From NCBI GenBank assembly GCA_013265495.1, contig MU057847.1, forward strand, positions 269,260 to 333,259: a stretch of 64,000 bases of DNA, written 5' to 3'. The position numbers and the translations under genes are program-made. The DNA comes from Vicugna vicugna. Lineage: Eukaryota. Every line of letters starts with the position of its first letter. The stretch's first letter is position 1. Shown piece after piece: positions 12,397 through 24,162 of the stretch. The notes beneath the pieces are model-generated. The model saw nothing but the letters and a program-made list of their open reading frames with translations, was not told the DNA's origin and ran no database searches.

Positions 12397-12849
12397 TGTT
12401 AGGGTTTAAAACAACACAAACTTATTACCTTACAGATCTATAGGTTAGAACTCTGGCATGGGTCTCATTGAGCTCAAATCAAGGTGTCAGCAGGGTTACA
12501 TTCCTTTCAAAGGCTCTAGGGGAGAATCTGTTTCCTTGCCTTTTCCAGATTCTAGAGGCTGCCTGCACTCCTTGGTTCATGGCCCCTTCCTCAACATTCA
12601 AAGCACATCACTCAAACCTCTGCTCTGTCATTACATCTTCTTTCATTCTGACCCTCTTGCCTTCTACTTATGGACTTTTGCGATTACATTGGGCTCACTC
12701 TTATAATCCAGGATAATCTTCCCATATCGAAATCCTTAAACTTATCATGTGTGCAATGTGAAGTACCCTTTGCCCTGTAGGTAACATATTTACAGGTTCC
12801 GAGGATTAGGATGTAGACATCTTTGGAGGTCCCATTATTGTCTACCACA
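12397..12849 (-). mobile_element. MaLR LTR (MLT1C/D-like) nested in L1
   Basis: 'aaatcaaggtgtcagcaggg...ggctctaggggagaatctgtttccttgccttttccag...ctaccaca'. Host L1 is continuous on both sides. Confidence 0.88.
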
Positions 12850-12985
12850 CACCTCAATTAAAAGGAAGACTGTCTGAGTGGATAAAAAACTTTAAGACCC
12901 AAGTGTATTTTGTTTATAGTAAACACACCTTAAATATAAATATACAAATAAGTTAAAAATAAAGGATGGAAGATGATATACCACA

Positions 12986-13434
12986 TGTAGTAGGCTGAAT
13001 GGTGGCTCCAAAGGTATGTCCATGTTCTAATTCTCAGAACCTGTGAATATTATTACCTTATGTGGTAAAAGGGGTGATTAACTTAAGGATTTTGAGAGAA
13101 GGAGGTTATCCAGAAAGGCCTTAAATACAATCACATGTATCCTTATAAGAGAGACACAGAGGGAGATTAGACACAGACACAGAGAAGAAGACAATATGAA
13201 GACAGTGCAGAGAAAGAGATGTAGCCGCAGCCAAAGAACACTAACGGACACCAGAAACTGGAAGAGGCAAGGACTAGATTTTCCTCTAGAGTCTCTGGAA
13301 GGAATGTGGTCCTGTCTATACACTGATTTTGGACTTCTCACCTCCAGAACTGTGGGAAAATAAGTATCTATTGTTTTCAGCCACTAGTAAGATTTTTGGT
13401 AATTTTTTATGGCAGCCACAGGAAACTGAAAAAC
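12986..13434 (+). mobile_element. MaLR LTR (MLT1B-like) nested in L1
   Basis: 'tgtagtaggctgaatggtggctccaaa...gaaactggaagaggcaagga...ggcagccacaggaaactgaa'. Confidence 0.88.
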
Positions 13435-13887
13435 CTAGTTAACTAATGCTAACATCGGATACAGGAAAGATGGATGGCTTTATTAATAACAGACAAGTAG
13501 ATTTCAGAGCAAATAATATTAGCTGGGATGTTAATAATAAACAGGTCAATTCATCAAGAGAATATAACAATCCTAATGTTTATGTACCTAATAATGAAGC
13601 TTCAAAATACATGAAGTGAAAAGCGCATTCAAGTCTTACACAAGTATGCATTCTGACACCAATGGAATTAAATTAGATTCCAATTAACAGAAAGATATTT
13701 ATAAAATCCCAAATATTTGGAAACTAAATAACACATTTATAAATAGCACATGTCAAAGAAAAAATCAAAAGGAGTTTTTTCTTTAAATTAAGATGAAAAC
13801 ACTACATATCAAAATATGTGAGATGGCCCTAAAGCACAATGTGGAGAAAAATTTTCAGCACTTGGTGTATGCATAAGAAAAGAAGAT

Positions 13888-14010
13888 ATAATAACTTTGT
13901 ATGGAGTATAATCTATAAAAATATTGAATTACTATGCTGTACACCTGAAACTAATATAATATTGTAAGTCAACTGTACTTCAATAAAAAAGAAAGGAAAA
14001 AAGGGAATAA
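13888..14010 (+). mobile_element. Short L1 3' tip nested in L1
   Basis: 'ctatgctgtacacctgaaactaatataatattgtaagtcaactgtacttcaataaaaaa'. Confidence 0.85.
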
Positions 14011-15720
14011 AAATATTTCAGATCAATGACATCAGCTTCTATCTTAAGAAACTAGGAAAAGCAGATCAAATTAAGCCCAAAGGAAGAAGCAGCAGCAATC
14101 AGATGAAATAGAAAAAAAAATCAATAGGGAAACTCAATGATCCCAAAAGCTGATTCTTTCAGAAAAGCAAAATTGATAAAACTCTGGCTCTGTGGATCAG
14201 GAAAGAGAGAATACACAAATTACCAAAGCCAGGAATGAGAGAGAAGACATTACTACAGATACTACGAATGTTAAAAGAATGATAAGAGAATATTTTGAAC
14301 AAATTTATGTCAACAAAATTGAGGACTCAAATGAAATGGATTAATTACTTAAAAGACACAAACTACCAAAGCTCATTCAATTATATATATATAAATGAAT
14401 ACCTCTAAACCTATTATAGAAATTGAATTTGCAGTTAGAAGGCTTCTCACAAAGTAAACTCCAGGCCCAGATGTTTTCACTGGTGATTTCTACCAAAAAC
14501 TTAAGATAGAGATAATATCAACTGTACCCAAATTCTTCCAGAAAATTGAAAGGAGGGAATACTTCCTTTCTCATTCCATGAAGACAGCATTAACCTGATA
14601 CTGAAATGAGACAAATAAAACTACAGACCAATATCCCTCATGAAGACTGATGCAAAAACTCAAAATAAAAATTTAGCAAATCAAATCCAGCAATATATAA
14701 ACAGCCTAATACATCATGTGCAAGTATGGTTTATGTCAGGAATGCAAGGTTGTTTTACATTAGAAAATCAATCAATATAATCCATCACATTAGCAAATTA
14801 ACAATAGACACAGAAAAATAATTTGACAAAATCCAACTTACTGATAGTGAATCTGAGTGAACTAAGAATAGAAGGAAACCTCATTAACCCGATAAAGAGC
14901 ATTTATGAAGAACCTATACCTAACATCATACTTAATGGTAAAAGACTGAGTGCCTTCCCCATAAGATCAGTAACAAATCCAGATGTCTATTCTCACTCTT
15001 TATATTCAGCATTGTACTAGAGGTTCTGACCAAAGCATTTGGGTAAGAAAAGATGTGCAAAATCTATATGCTGAAAACTATGCATTACTGGGAGAAACTA
15101 AAGAAAATCTAAATGGAGATTTATATCTTATTCATGGGTCAGAGGGCTCAATATCGTTGAGATAATTCTTCCCAAATCGATTTATAGACTTAATATAATC
15201 TTTTTCAAATTCCCACCAGAAATTTTTGTAGAACATGACAAGCAGATTCTGAAATTCATATGTAAATGCAAATGGCCTAGAATTGTCAAAGTAACTTTGA
15301 GAAAAGAACACATTTGGAAGGTTAACACTTTCTGACTTTAAGACATATTATAAACTATAATCAAACAGTGTGGGATTGATGTCAAAACAGAAAAGTGTAT
15401 CAGTTGAACAGAATAAAGAGCCCAGAAATACACCCACACAAATACAGACAACTGATTTTTACAAGGGTGTAATGACAGTTCATTGCAAAAAAGAATAACC
15501 TTTTCAATAAATAGTCCTGGAGCTATTAGATATTCACATGCAAAAATAACTAATTCATATCTTCCACCATACACAAAATTAGCTCAAAATGGATCACAGT
15601 ATTAAATATAAAAACTAAAACTGCAAAATTTCTCAAAGAAAATTTAAGAGAAAAATCTTCATGACCTTGGGGTAGGCAATGATTTCTTAGCTATGACATC
15701 AAAAGCATAAACCATCAAGA

Positions 15721-15905
15721 GAAAAAAATGTCTCAATGAATATATATATGTTCATGTATGACTGAAAAATTGTGCTCTACACTGGAATTTGACACAACAT
15801 TGTAAAATGATTATAAATCAATAAAAAATTTAAAAATATATAAATATAAAACTAATTTTTAAAAAATTATAGTATTTTAAAATTCAAATAAAAACAAAAA
15901 AGAAA
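15721..15905 (+). mobile_element. Short young L1 3' tip plus AT-rich extension, nested in L1
   Basis: Closely matches 4027-4135 of the young L1 ('actgaaaaattgtgctctacactggaa.ttgacacaac'). Confidence 0.88.
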
Positions 15906-16473
15906 TTGATAAGTTAGACTTCATGAAAATTAAAAAATTTGTTTTTTGAAAAATACTGTTAAGACAATGAGAATGACAATTCAGACTGGGAGAAAATATC
16001 TGCAAAGCATATATCTGATAAAGAACTTATATCCAGATATAAAAAGTACTCTAAAAACTCAAATATAAGAAAATAAACAAGCCAATCAATATAAAATGGG
16101 TGAAAGATTTGAACAGACACTTCACCAAAGACATACATATGGCAAGTAAGCACATGAAAAGAGGTTCAACCTCACTGATCATTAGGTAAATGCAAGTTAA
16201 AACCACAATGAAATAACACCACACATTTGAATGGGTAAAATTAAAAAGAATGGCCATACCAAGTGTTGCTGAGGATGTCAATAAACTGGAACTCTCTTAC
16301 ACTGCTGGAGGTAATATAAATGGTACCACTTTGGAAAAGAGTTTGGTAGTTTTTTAAAAAGTTAAACATACACCTATAAAATGATTCAGCCATTCCTCTC
16401 ATAGATATTTACCAAAGAGAAAAGAAAGCATTATCCACATAAAGTCTTGTACACAAATGTTCATAGAAGCTTT

Positions 16474-16600
16474 TTTTCGGGAAGGGGGGGAGTAGGTAAT
16501 TAGGTTTATTTATTTATTTTTAGAGGAGGTACTGGGGATTGAACCCAGGACCTCAAACATGCTAAGCATACGCTCTGCCACTTGAGCTATAACCTCCCCA
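16474..16600 (-). mobile_element. tRNA-derived SINE, Vic-1 (camelid) type
   Basis: Minus: ggggaggttatagctcaagtggcagagcg...gtcctgggttcaatccccagtacctcc (A and B boxes), then 'aataaacctaattacc'. Perfect 21 bp TSD acaaatgttcatagaagcttt at 16453-16473 and 16601-16621. Confidence 0.93.
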
Positions 16601-17080
16601 ACAAATGTTCATAGAAGCTTTATTTGCAGTAGCTAAAAACTGGAAACCAAAACATTCATCAACAGATGTATGGATAAATATTAGTTGTATATATCTCCAT
16701 ACAGTGAAATACTATTCAGAAAAAAAGAAAAGGGAATGAACTATCGATATATGTAACAACATGGGTGAATCTAAAAATAATTATGCTCAACGAAGGAAGC
16801 CAGAAGAAAGATGTATGATTCAAAATATGATTCAAAATATATAAATCCTAAAAACTGCAAACTAACGAAAAGTGACAGAAAGCTGATCAGTGATTGCCTG
16901 GAGACAGAGGGGAAGGAGGGATTACCAAGGGCACTTGAGAACTTTGCTGTATGTTCATTATCTTGACTGTGGTGATGGTTTTATAGGTGTATACATATGT
17001 CAAAATTTATAAAATTGTCTGCTTTAAACATATGTAGTTGATTGTATGTCAATTACACTCCAATAAAACTGTTAAAAAGA

Positions 17081-19152
17081 ACTGACTCACATAAATATAC
17101 CCAACTGATTTTTTATAAAAATGAAAGAGCAATTCAGTGGAGTGTGAGTAAAGGCTAAGGCCTAACAGATTCAGCCATAAAGACACAATGAGCCCTTTCT
17201 AGATTCAGATTATTACTTACATGGAAAATGAAAGGAAGAGTAGCCAGATGTATCAGCAACTGGTGCTCCCTGTTCTACAATCCAAAAAGGGTGACCACAA
17301 AACAAAAAGTGCCTCCCATCTCCTTATGTTCTGAGTGGATCACAATGAGTTCTGTTAAGACCAGATAAAGCCTTTGGCTATGTGGTCTGTGTCACCAGAT
17401 TGCCACGACAGAGCTGTTCCCCTACACATAAAAGCCAAAGACCCTGAGACTTTCCCTGGGCAAAGTTATTCCACACCTGTAGTTCTCTGATAGAGAGGAA
17501 GCACATCCTGTGTGACTTCAGCTGGGGAAGTCTATGCCTGACCTCTCTGAACTCTACCCATATGCAGATATTTTTCCTACCATTTTTGGTCTGTATCCTC
17601 CACTGTAATAAACCTTAGCTGTAAGTAAAGCCTGCTGTTGAGTCTTATGAGCCCATCCAGTGAACCACTGAATCTGGCTAGTTATGGGACCATGGAAACA
17701 TTTTTTTTAAATACATGGTGCTGGGAAAATTGGGCATCCATAAGCAAAAGTATATAATAAGTATATAATAATAATAAGTCTAGATGTAAACCTCATACCT
17801 TACATTAAAATGAACTCAAATTGGATCACAAATTGAAATGCAAAATTATAAAATTTTAGAAGGAAACATAGGAGAAAATATTCATGACCTAGGTTAGGTA
17901 AAGAATTCTTAGACATGACACTAAAAGTACAATAAATAAAAGAGAAAAATCAATAAATTGAACTTCCTTAAAATGAAAAACTTTCGCTCTGTAAAAGACC
18001 CTGTTAAGAAGATAAAAAGACAAGCTATGGACTGGGAAAATATATATGCAAATCACATCTCTAACAAAGGATTTGTACACAGAATATATACAGAAATCTT
18101 AAAACTCAACTGTAAGAAACCAACCACACAATTTTTAAATGGGAAAAGATATGAACAGACATTTCACCGAAGATGATATACAGATGGCAAAAAATGCATG
18201 AAAAGATGAATAAAATCACTAGTTAGGCAAATGCAAATAAGAACCACAATGAGATGCAACTACATACCTATTCAAATGGCTAAAATTGAAAAGCCCTGGT
18301 AACAACAAATGTTGATGAGGATGCCAATGAACTGGATCTTGTATTCATTATTGGTCAGAATGAAACATGGTACAGTCACCCAGGAAATCATTCTGGCAAC
18401 TAAACATAGAGTTATCATATGACCCAGCAATCATACTCCTGGGCATTTATCCCAGAGAAATGAAAACTTATGCTTACACAAAAATGCTGTACTCAAATGC
18501 TCATACAGATTTTATTCATATAGTTTAAAACTTGAAAACAAACCGAATGTCCTTCAACGGGTGAATGGTCAAACACATTGTGGTGATCCATCCTATGGAA
18601 TATTATTCAGCAATAAAAAGGAACCAACTATTGAGACATCCAACAACTCAGATGTCTCTTAAGGGCATTACACTGAGAAGGGGGAAAAAAGCCAATTTCA
18701 AAACATTACATACTATATGATGGCATTTGCATAACATTCTTAAAGTGACAAAATTATAGAGATGGAGAACATATAAGTGATTGCCAGGGGCTAGGTGTGA
18801 AGAGGGGAGAAGTAACAATAAAAAGGCAGCATGAGGAACTTCCTTTGTAGAGAACAGTTCTGTCTCTTGGTTGTGATGGTAGTGGTTATATAAATCTAAA
18901 CAAGTGATAAAATGTCATGTGAACACAAAGGCAATACTCAAAAATAAGCACATATAAAAACTGGTGAAATCTGATTAAGGTCGAGAGGCTATTAATTGTA
19001 TTGTGCCAATCAATATTCTGTTTTTGACAATGACTGTAATTACAGAAGATGTCACTAATGGGGGAAACTGGGTGGTAGGTACATGGAACTTCTCTGTAGT
19101 ATTTTTTTGCAACTTCTTGTGAATGTAGAATTATTTCCAAATAAAAAGTTAC
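17081..19152 (+). mobile_element. L1MC/L1MD 3' portion interrupted by an LTR
   Basis: ORF2 3' remnants (KIKRQAMDWENIYANHISNKG). 3' end 'tttgcaacttcttgtgaatg...ttccaaataaaaagtt'. Confidence 0.88.
17143..17700 (+). mobile_element. ERVL-class LTR sequence (MER21/MER7x group) nested in L1
   Basis: TG...CA ends. AATAAA at ~17607, then 'gagtcttatgagcccatccagtgaaccactgaa...gggaccatggaaaca'. Confidence 0.7.
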
Positions 19153-19157
19153 AAACT

Positions 19158-19523
19158 GATATTCAATTCAGTTATTGGAAAACTTTTAAGTATGTTTGGA
19201 ACACTTGAGTTGGTCAATCTATATTTTCAATAGTAAATTTTACAAAATCTAAGTACAGATCAAATATTTCTGGTGAAATTTATCCTCCAGATTGAAATGT
19301 GCTGTAAGTGTAAAACACACACGATTTCAAAGACTTCATATAAAACTATCTCACTAGTAATACTGATAGTGATCATATGCTGAAACGAAAGCAGGTCAGA
19401 TTGGGTTATACATAGTATATCATTCAAGTTAATCTCATTACTTCTTTTTATTTTTTAATGTGGCTATGAGAAAACTAAAAATTAGCATGTGATTCACATT
19501 TTATTTCTATTGGACAGTGCTGA
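19158..19523 (+). mobile_element. Charlie1 (hAT) right end with transposase C-terminal relic
   Basis: 'ttaagtatgtttggaac...aaatctaagtacagatcaaatatttctggtgaaa...tgtgctgtaagtgtaaaa' and terminal repeat 'ctattggacagtgctg'. Confidence 0.8.
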
Positions 19524-20130
19524 TCTATGGTATCATAAAGGTAAAAATTGCAGGAAGCAGCTATCACCCCTAGCCTGGGGACGGGGGAAGAGAAGAGGTT
19601 GTAACTACTAAAACTTGGGAGAGGGGTTCCCTGGAGCTAAACCTCAGACTTCTGAAAGGGGGCACTTGTCAACTGGTGTTGGGATCTCTGAGCTTAGAGG
19701 AAGGTCCCTGTGGTGCTGGGACTCAGACTTCTGAAGTAGGGTCACAGATCGTTGGTGTCTCTCTGAGCGGGAATGATGAGGCTGATTCTTCCAAATAACG
19801 GAAAACTGCAACCAGATTCAGCTGATGCTATAGGAAGGCGCTGTTGATTCCAGGGTGAAGGCTGGGGTGATGCTCACAAGAACCACAAGCAGACAAAAAC
19901 CCACGGTAAGCAAACAGGTAGGAACAAGTCCCTTCCTTCTCCAGCTTTGCTGTCTCACTCTACTGCTCCTTATTGGCAGAACCTAACAAACAGCCAACAA
20001 AGCAGAAATGTGGTTTGTAGTGACCTATTGCCAGCATCACAAAGCAGGCTTTGGGGAAAAAAACTAAACTAAAAAGCAAAGCAGGGTTTGGAGGATTTGG
20101 AGTTGAGACAAGAAATTAGTAACTGCCACA
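19524..20130 (-). mobile_element. LTR41-like ERVL solo LTR, main body
   Basis: Minus start tgtggcagttactaatttcttgtctcaactccaaa...ctgctttgtgatgctggc...aaaccacatttctgctttg...gttaggttctgccaata. Confidence 0.75.
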
Positions 20131-20137
20131 GTACAAC

Positions 20138-20445
20138 TGTGACAAAGTCACTTAGCTAACCTCCAAATATCTGTCCTGCCCTTCTATCATGCTTAAGTTG
20201 TGGCTGGGAAATGGCTCTGCAGACAGGAACTACCATTTCTCAGTTTTCTTTGCATCTAGGTGGGGCCTTATGCCAAGTCCTCGCCAATGAGATGTTGGTG
20301 GAAAGGGTGTGGGTGACATTCAGGCCAACTTAAGAAGCTCACATGCCTTCTCTACTCTTTCTCTTTTCCCATCTGTTGACTGTCAGGATCCAGGGTGACC
20401 TTGGATGCCATATGATGAAAATGACAGAGCTAATGTTACCTTAAT
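20138..20445 (+). mobile_element. MaLR LTR fragment (MLT1I/J/K-like)
   Basis: 'catttctcagttttctttgcatctaggtggggcc...gccaatgagatgtt'. Confidence 0.7.
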
Positions 20446-22054
20446 GGGTACATAATTCTGCAGACACCATGTCTTGGCCCTTAGGTGGAAGGGGGCATTG
20501 TATCCATAGTTGTCATGAGATCACCAAGGAGGTTTTTAAATCTACCAGTAGGGAGCTCACAAATGCTTATCAAAATTCCACTCCCACATACGAACCATAT
20601 TTCATATAAGAAGAAATATTCTTTTATCTTTTGAACTTAAATATTATTTAGCTGGGAAATGGATACTCTTCTCAAGAGCTTTAGAGAATTTATTCATGCA
20701 TCCTAAATTGGACAGTACTTAGCATTGATAATGCTTCTGGTACAATATTGCAATTATATTATAATAGCACAGTATTAAACTTGTTAAGAAAATCTGTGTG
20801 ATTTTATGTAAAATACACATTCGGGGGAGATGATGAGGATGAATTCTAGCACCACTCTTCATCAGAACAAAAGTGTTTTGTTTTTTAAATGATTCATATG
20901 CCAAATTACTAACAAGGGGTTATCTTCAGTCTCTGATTAAAGTCATATGTTAACACACAGATTTATAGGTGTAAAAGGTGGGATTTTGCTAAGGGAATTG
21001 GCCCCTAGGCACCAATGTTACATAAACTATAATCAGAATTCTCTCAGATATGGAGGCTAGATTCAAGGAATGGAGGATTTTTCTGGGTTATCCAAAGAGA
21101 ACAATTGCTTTAAACCCTTTCATGCATTACAAGAGGAAGCCTGGAACCTCCACAAGAGATTCATAAGATTTCCTTAAATTCCTTTTTAGATTGTCATAGA
21201 GTTTAAAATTTCTACCTTCAATTTTTGAAATAGCATGAAAAAAATCAGCTAAACATGTTTTAAGAAAGGTAACCAGCAACCTCTTATGAAATTCATGCTG
21301 AGTGTTAGCTAAAGAGAGTGAAGGAAGAGCTGTACTAGTGCCTCAGTGGAGCATCCAGAAGGTCTTCAGGGACTTCACGACTCTGCTTCCTGAGGGGAGA
21401 GATGTTTTGGAAGATAGTGAAGATGTCTCTGTCTCTCTCCCAGCACCAGTGCTCACTGACAGGCCCTCTTATAGAAACCTGAACTCCTGCTCTGCTCACT
21501 GACCTGCCACAACACAGATCCAAGACCTCACTTCAGAAATACTTACTACGTTACAGGGACAGTACTTCCCTTTTTGGTGTTATCAACTCCTAGTTCCCTC
21601 TTCCAAGTGAGGCTCAAAAGGAGTGACATATAGTTCACATGTACTAGAGATCACAGTGGATTATGGCACACAGAGAAATTAAACTACTTGTATCTGAGAT
21701 CAGCTGCCAACCTCCAAAATATTGCTGTCAGTAGCTTTCCACTATCCTTGCAATTCTCACCAATAGTCACTCTTAAAGTGCCTTCCAAAGAGATCCAAGT
21801 AGGTTTCCAAGCTCTTGGAGCAAAGCAGTGAAGCAGTTGACATTTGGCTTTGGCACAGTCCCTGCTCAATAACTGGGGAGTGATTTAAGCTCTTTGAACT
21901 TCGGTTCTTCATTTGTTTTAAAAAAAAATCCTTTCTCTTCTCTGCACCTGACATCTATTTCTTGAGTCTCTGAGGGGCTGGCACTTGTTATTCAATAACA
22001 TGCAAGCTGACAAGGCTGAAGGTGGTTTCTCTTCCTGGGGTATCTATATGTTAA

Positions 22055-22275
22055 TAATAGTATCTCAGTAACTTATATCTGATGGATATGTGCAAGCTTT
22101 CACTGAATCCTCCCACCAGCTCTGTGTGGTAGTTTGATCATTTATCTATCTCTAACTGGCGAGAAAATGATCTGAGAGAGGTTTACACAAACTGCCCACC
22201 ATTATGGGAAAAATCAGTGGTAGAACCAGGGTCAGAAATCATATCTCCTCACTTCTGGCCCAGTGCACTTTCCCA
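22055..22275 (-). mobile_element. MIR
   Basis: 'tgaatcctcccacc...gaaaatgatctgagagaggtt...agtggtagaaccagggtcagaa'. Confidence 0.6.
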
Positions 22276-22737
22276 GAGGGGAACATTTCCAATTTCTGAG
22301 TTTGGGGACCCTCCATGGTTTATTTCTAACCATCTGGACAGAAAAATGAGAGGGGAATCCCAGGCTTTGCCCTGAGCATAAAACCACAAGCACTGCCTCC
22401 AGTTTATTACACATACTGTGTGGTTCTGGCTCATGCCCCTCCCTCTTCCTCAACTCTGGAAGCCCTTACCATCAAAAGTCTACCAACCCCTCACGGTCTG
22501 GCCGGAGACCTTCTCCAGACAGCCTCTCCTGATCAAACCCACGCTACAGCCATCATTCCCATACATTAAATTCCCTTAGCACCTGAAGATCCAGAAGCCT
22601 CAGCTAATTAGACATTCTGTGTGTGCGAGGTGATGGGGTTCTACACACCAGATTTTAGGGAGAAAAAGAGAAAAATAACAACATAATGAGCAGAGGTTTA
22701 ATCAAACAGCCAGATTTTAGGCTATGACCAGGATTAA

Positions 22738-23273
22738 TGCTGATGCAATAAAAATTCATATTTTAAGGCAAGTAACGAAAAGTTTAAACATAAAGGTTTT
22801 TTCTGCCCTCTGGCTTCCTCCCTCCCCTCTAGTGTGCATTGTGTATCTGCATTAGGCATCAAGCAGCCCTCCCCAACAGGAGAAATACCTGCTCAACCAT
22901 AAAGAGCAATGTTCTCTTGGTGCCAGCAATATAACTCCTTAGGAGATAACATTCCTTCTTAATCTTGTAAGGGGTCACAATGACGCACTACTCAGTAACT
23001 CCTTAGGGGATAACATTCCTTCCTAAACCCGTAAGGGGTCACAATGACCCACATCTTTGTACATGCAGATCAGAATTCTGTAAATCGTCAATACATCATG
23101 TGATGTATATAACCCTTTGTCTCAAAAATGTAAATGACTGGGCTTTGACCTCTATTGGGCAGAACAGTTCTCAGAGCTCTCTGAGAGACTGTCTCCTGGA
23201 TTATAATCCTCAGGTTGACTAAAATAAAATTTTCCATTTCTTTCACAGATTGGCTATTGATTTTTCATCAACA
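22738..23273 (+). mobile_element. ERV1-type solo LTR with internal 53 bp tandem duplication
   Basis: Terminal inverted repeats tgctgatg...catcaaca. 'cagaacagttctcagagctctctgaga' and AATAAA at ~23223. No clean TSD. Confidence 0.8.
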
Positions 23274-24162
23274 ATACAAATTCAGTTCAATTTCTTCCAC
23301 TTTGTCTCTTCACCTAAAATTCTGAAAAGTGATCAGCCTAGAGATCTTGCCAGATCTGTGTGGAAGAGAGAATCAGTGGTCACTAGACTGTCCTCCTTGA
23401 TGAAGGAAAGTGGGTTCAGATATTGTAAAAAGATTGGCCACCTGAAGCCAAATGAAGTTTCTCCTTAGCCCTAAGTTAACCAAAAGATTCTGCCTTAGGA
23501 GCTTCCATTCCCCTAGTACCCTAAGGGGTTGTATTATTCTCTGGATGTGATATATATGTCTATTTCAGCTTTTCAAGTAGCATCTGCTGCTCTTGGGTGC
23601 AAGAAGATGAGTATTTCATTGATACCTGGGACATTTTCTGTCGTAATGCTATCCAAATGTGACTTGGGCAAGTCTGTTAACTATATTTTTCACTCATTTG
23701 ACAAGTGAAATTTATAACAGAAGGGATCAAAACTCTAGGGTGTTGGGAAGAAAATTTGCATGGGAATTTCAGAATTGAAAAGGTCAGTGATCCCATGAGG
23801 ATGGACAGCCCTAGGGAGTTCTGAAGCCCTTGTTCTAAGAAAAGGAAATGAAATGGAGTTCTCTTTCATTCTGAACGATGATGAGATGACTTAGGATAAC
23901 AAGACTCACTTCAAAGTGACGAGCTATCCTATTTGAGCTTCATCTACATTAAAACTAATGGTTGCAAGGACCAGAATGATATGCTTATTAGTTATATGTC
24001 TGGAGAGCTCCAGGGCTATCTACCCTTTGGAGGTAAAACTCTTATGGGCGCCCAAGCAAAGTAAGGTGGCACATCTTGCTTAACTACAGGAGACCATTTC
24101 TGAAGTTATACATACTAAGGTACAATTCAGGTATCTATGACAATCTAAAGATTTCCATAGTA

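Larger units (their letters stand above)
11770..17080 (+). mobile_element. Old L1M (end of ORF1, decayed ORF2, 3' UTR) carrying five nested insertions
   Basis: Collinear ORF2 remnants (e.g. NIILNGKRLSAFP at ~14920). 3' end 'caataaaactgttaaaaa'. Confidence 0.9.

Noticed and set aside
16817..16842. Short tandem duplications (also at ~6897, ~17748 and ~33290)
   Set aside because: Ordinary slippage duplications inside decayed L1 sequence.
22932..23048. CRISPR-like repeat-spacer array
   Set aside because: Only two units with an 11 nt gap, inside a mammalian LTR, with no cas genes.
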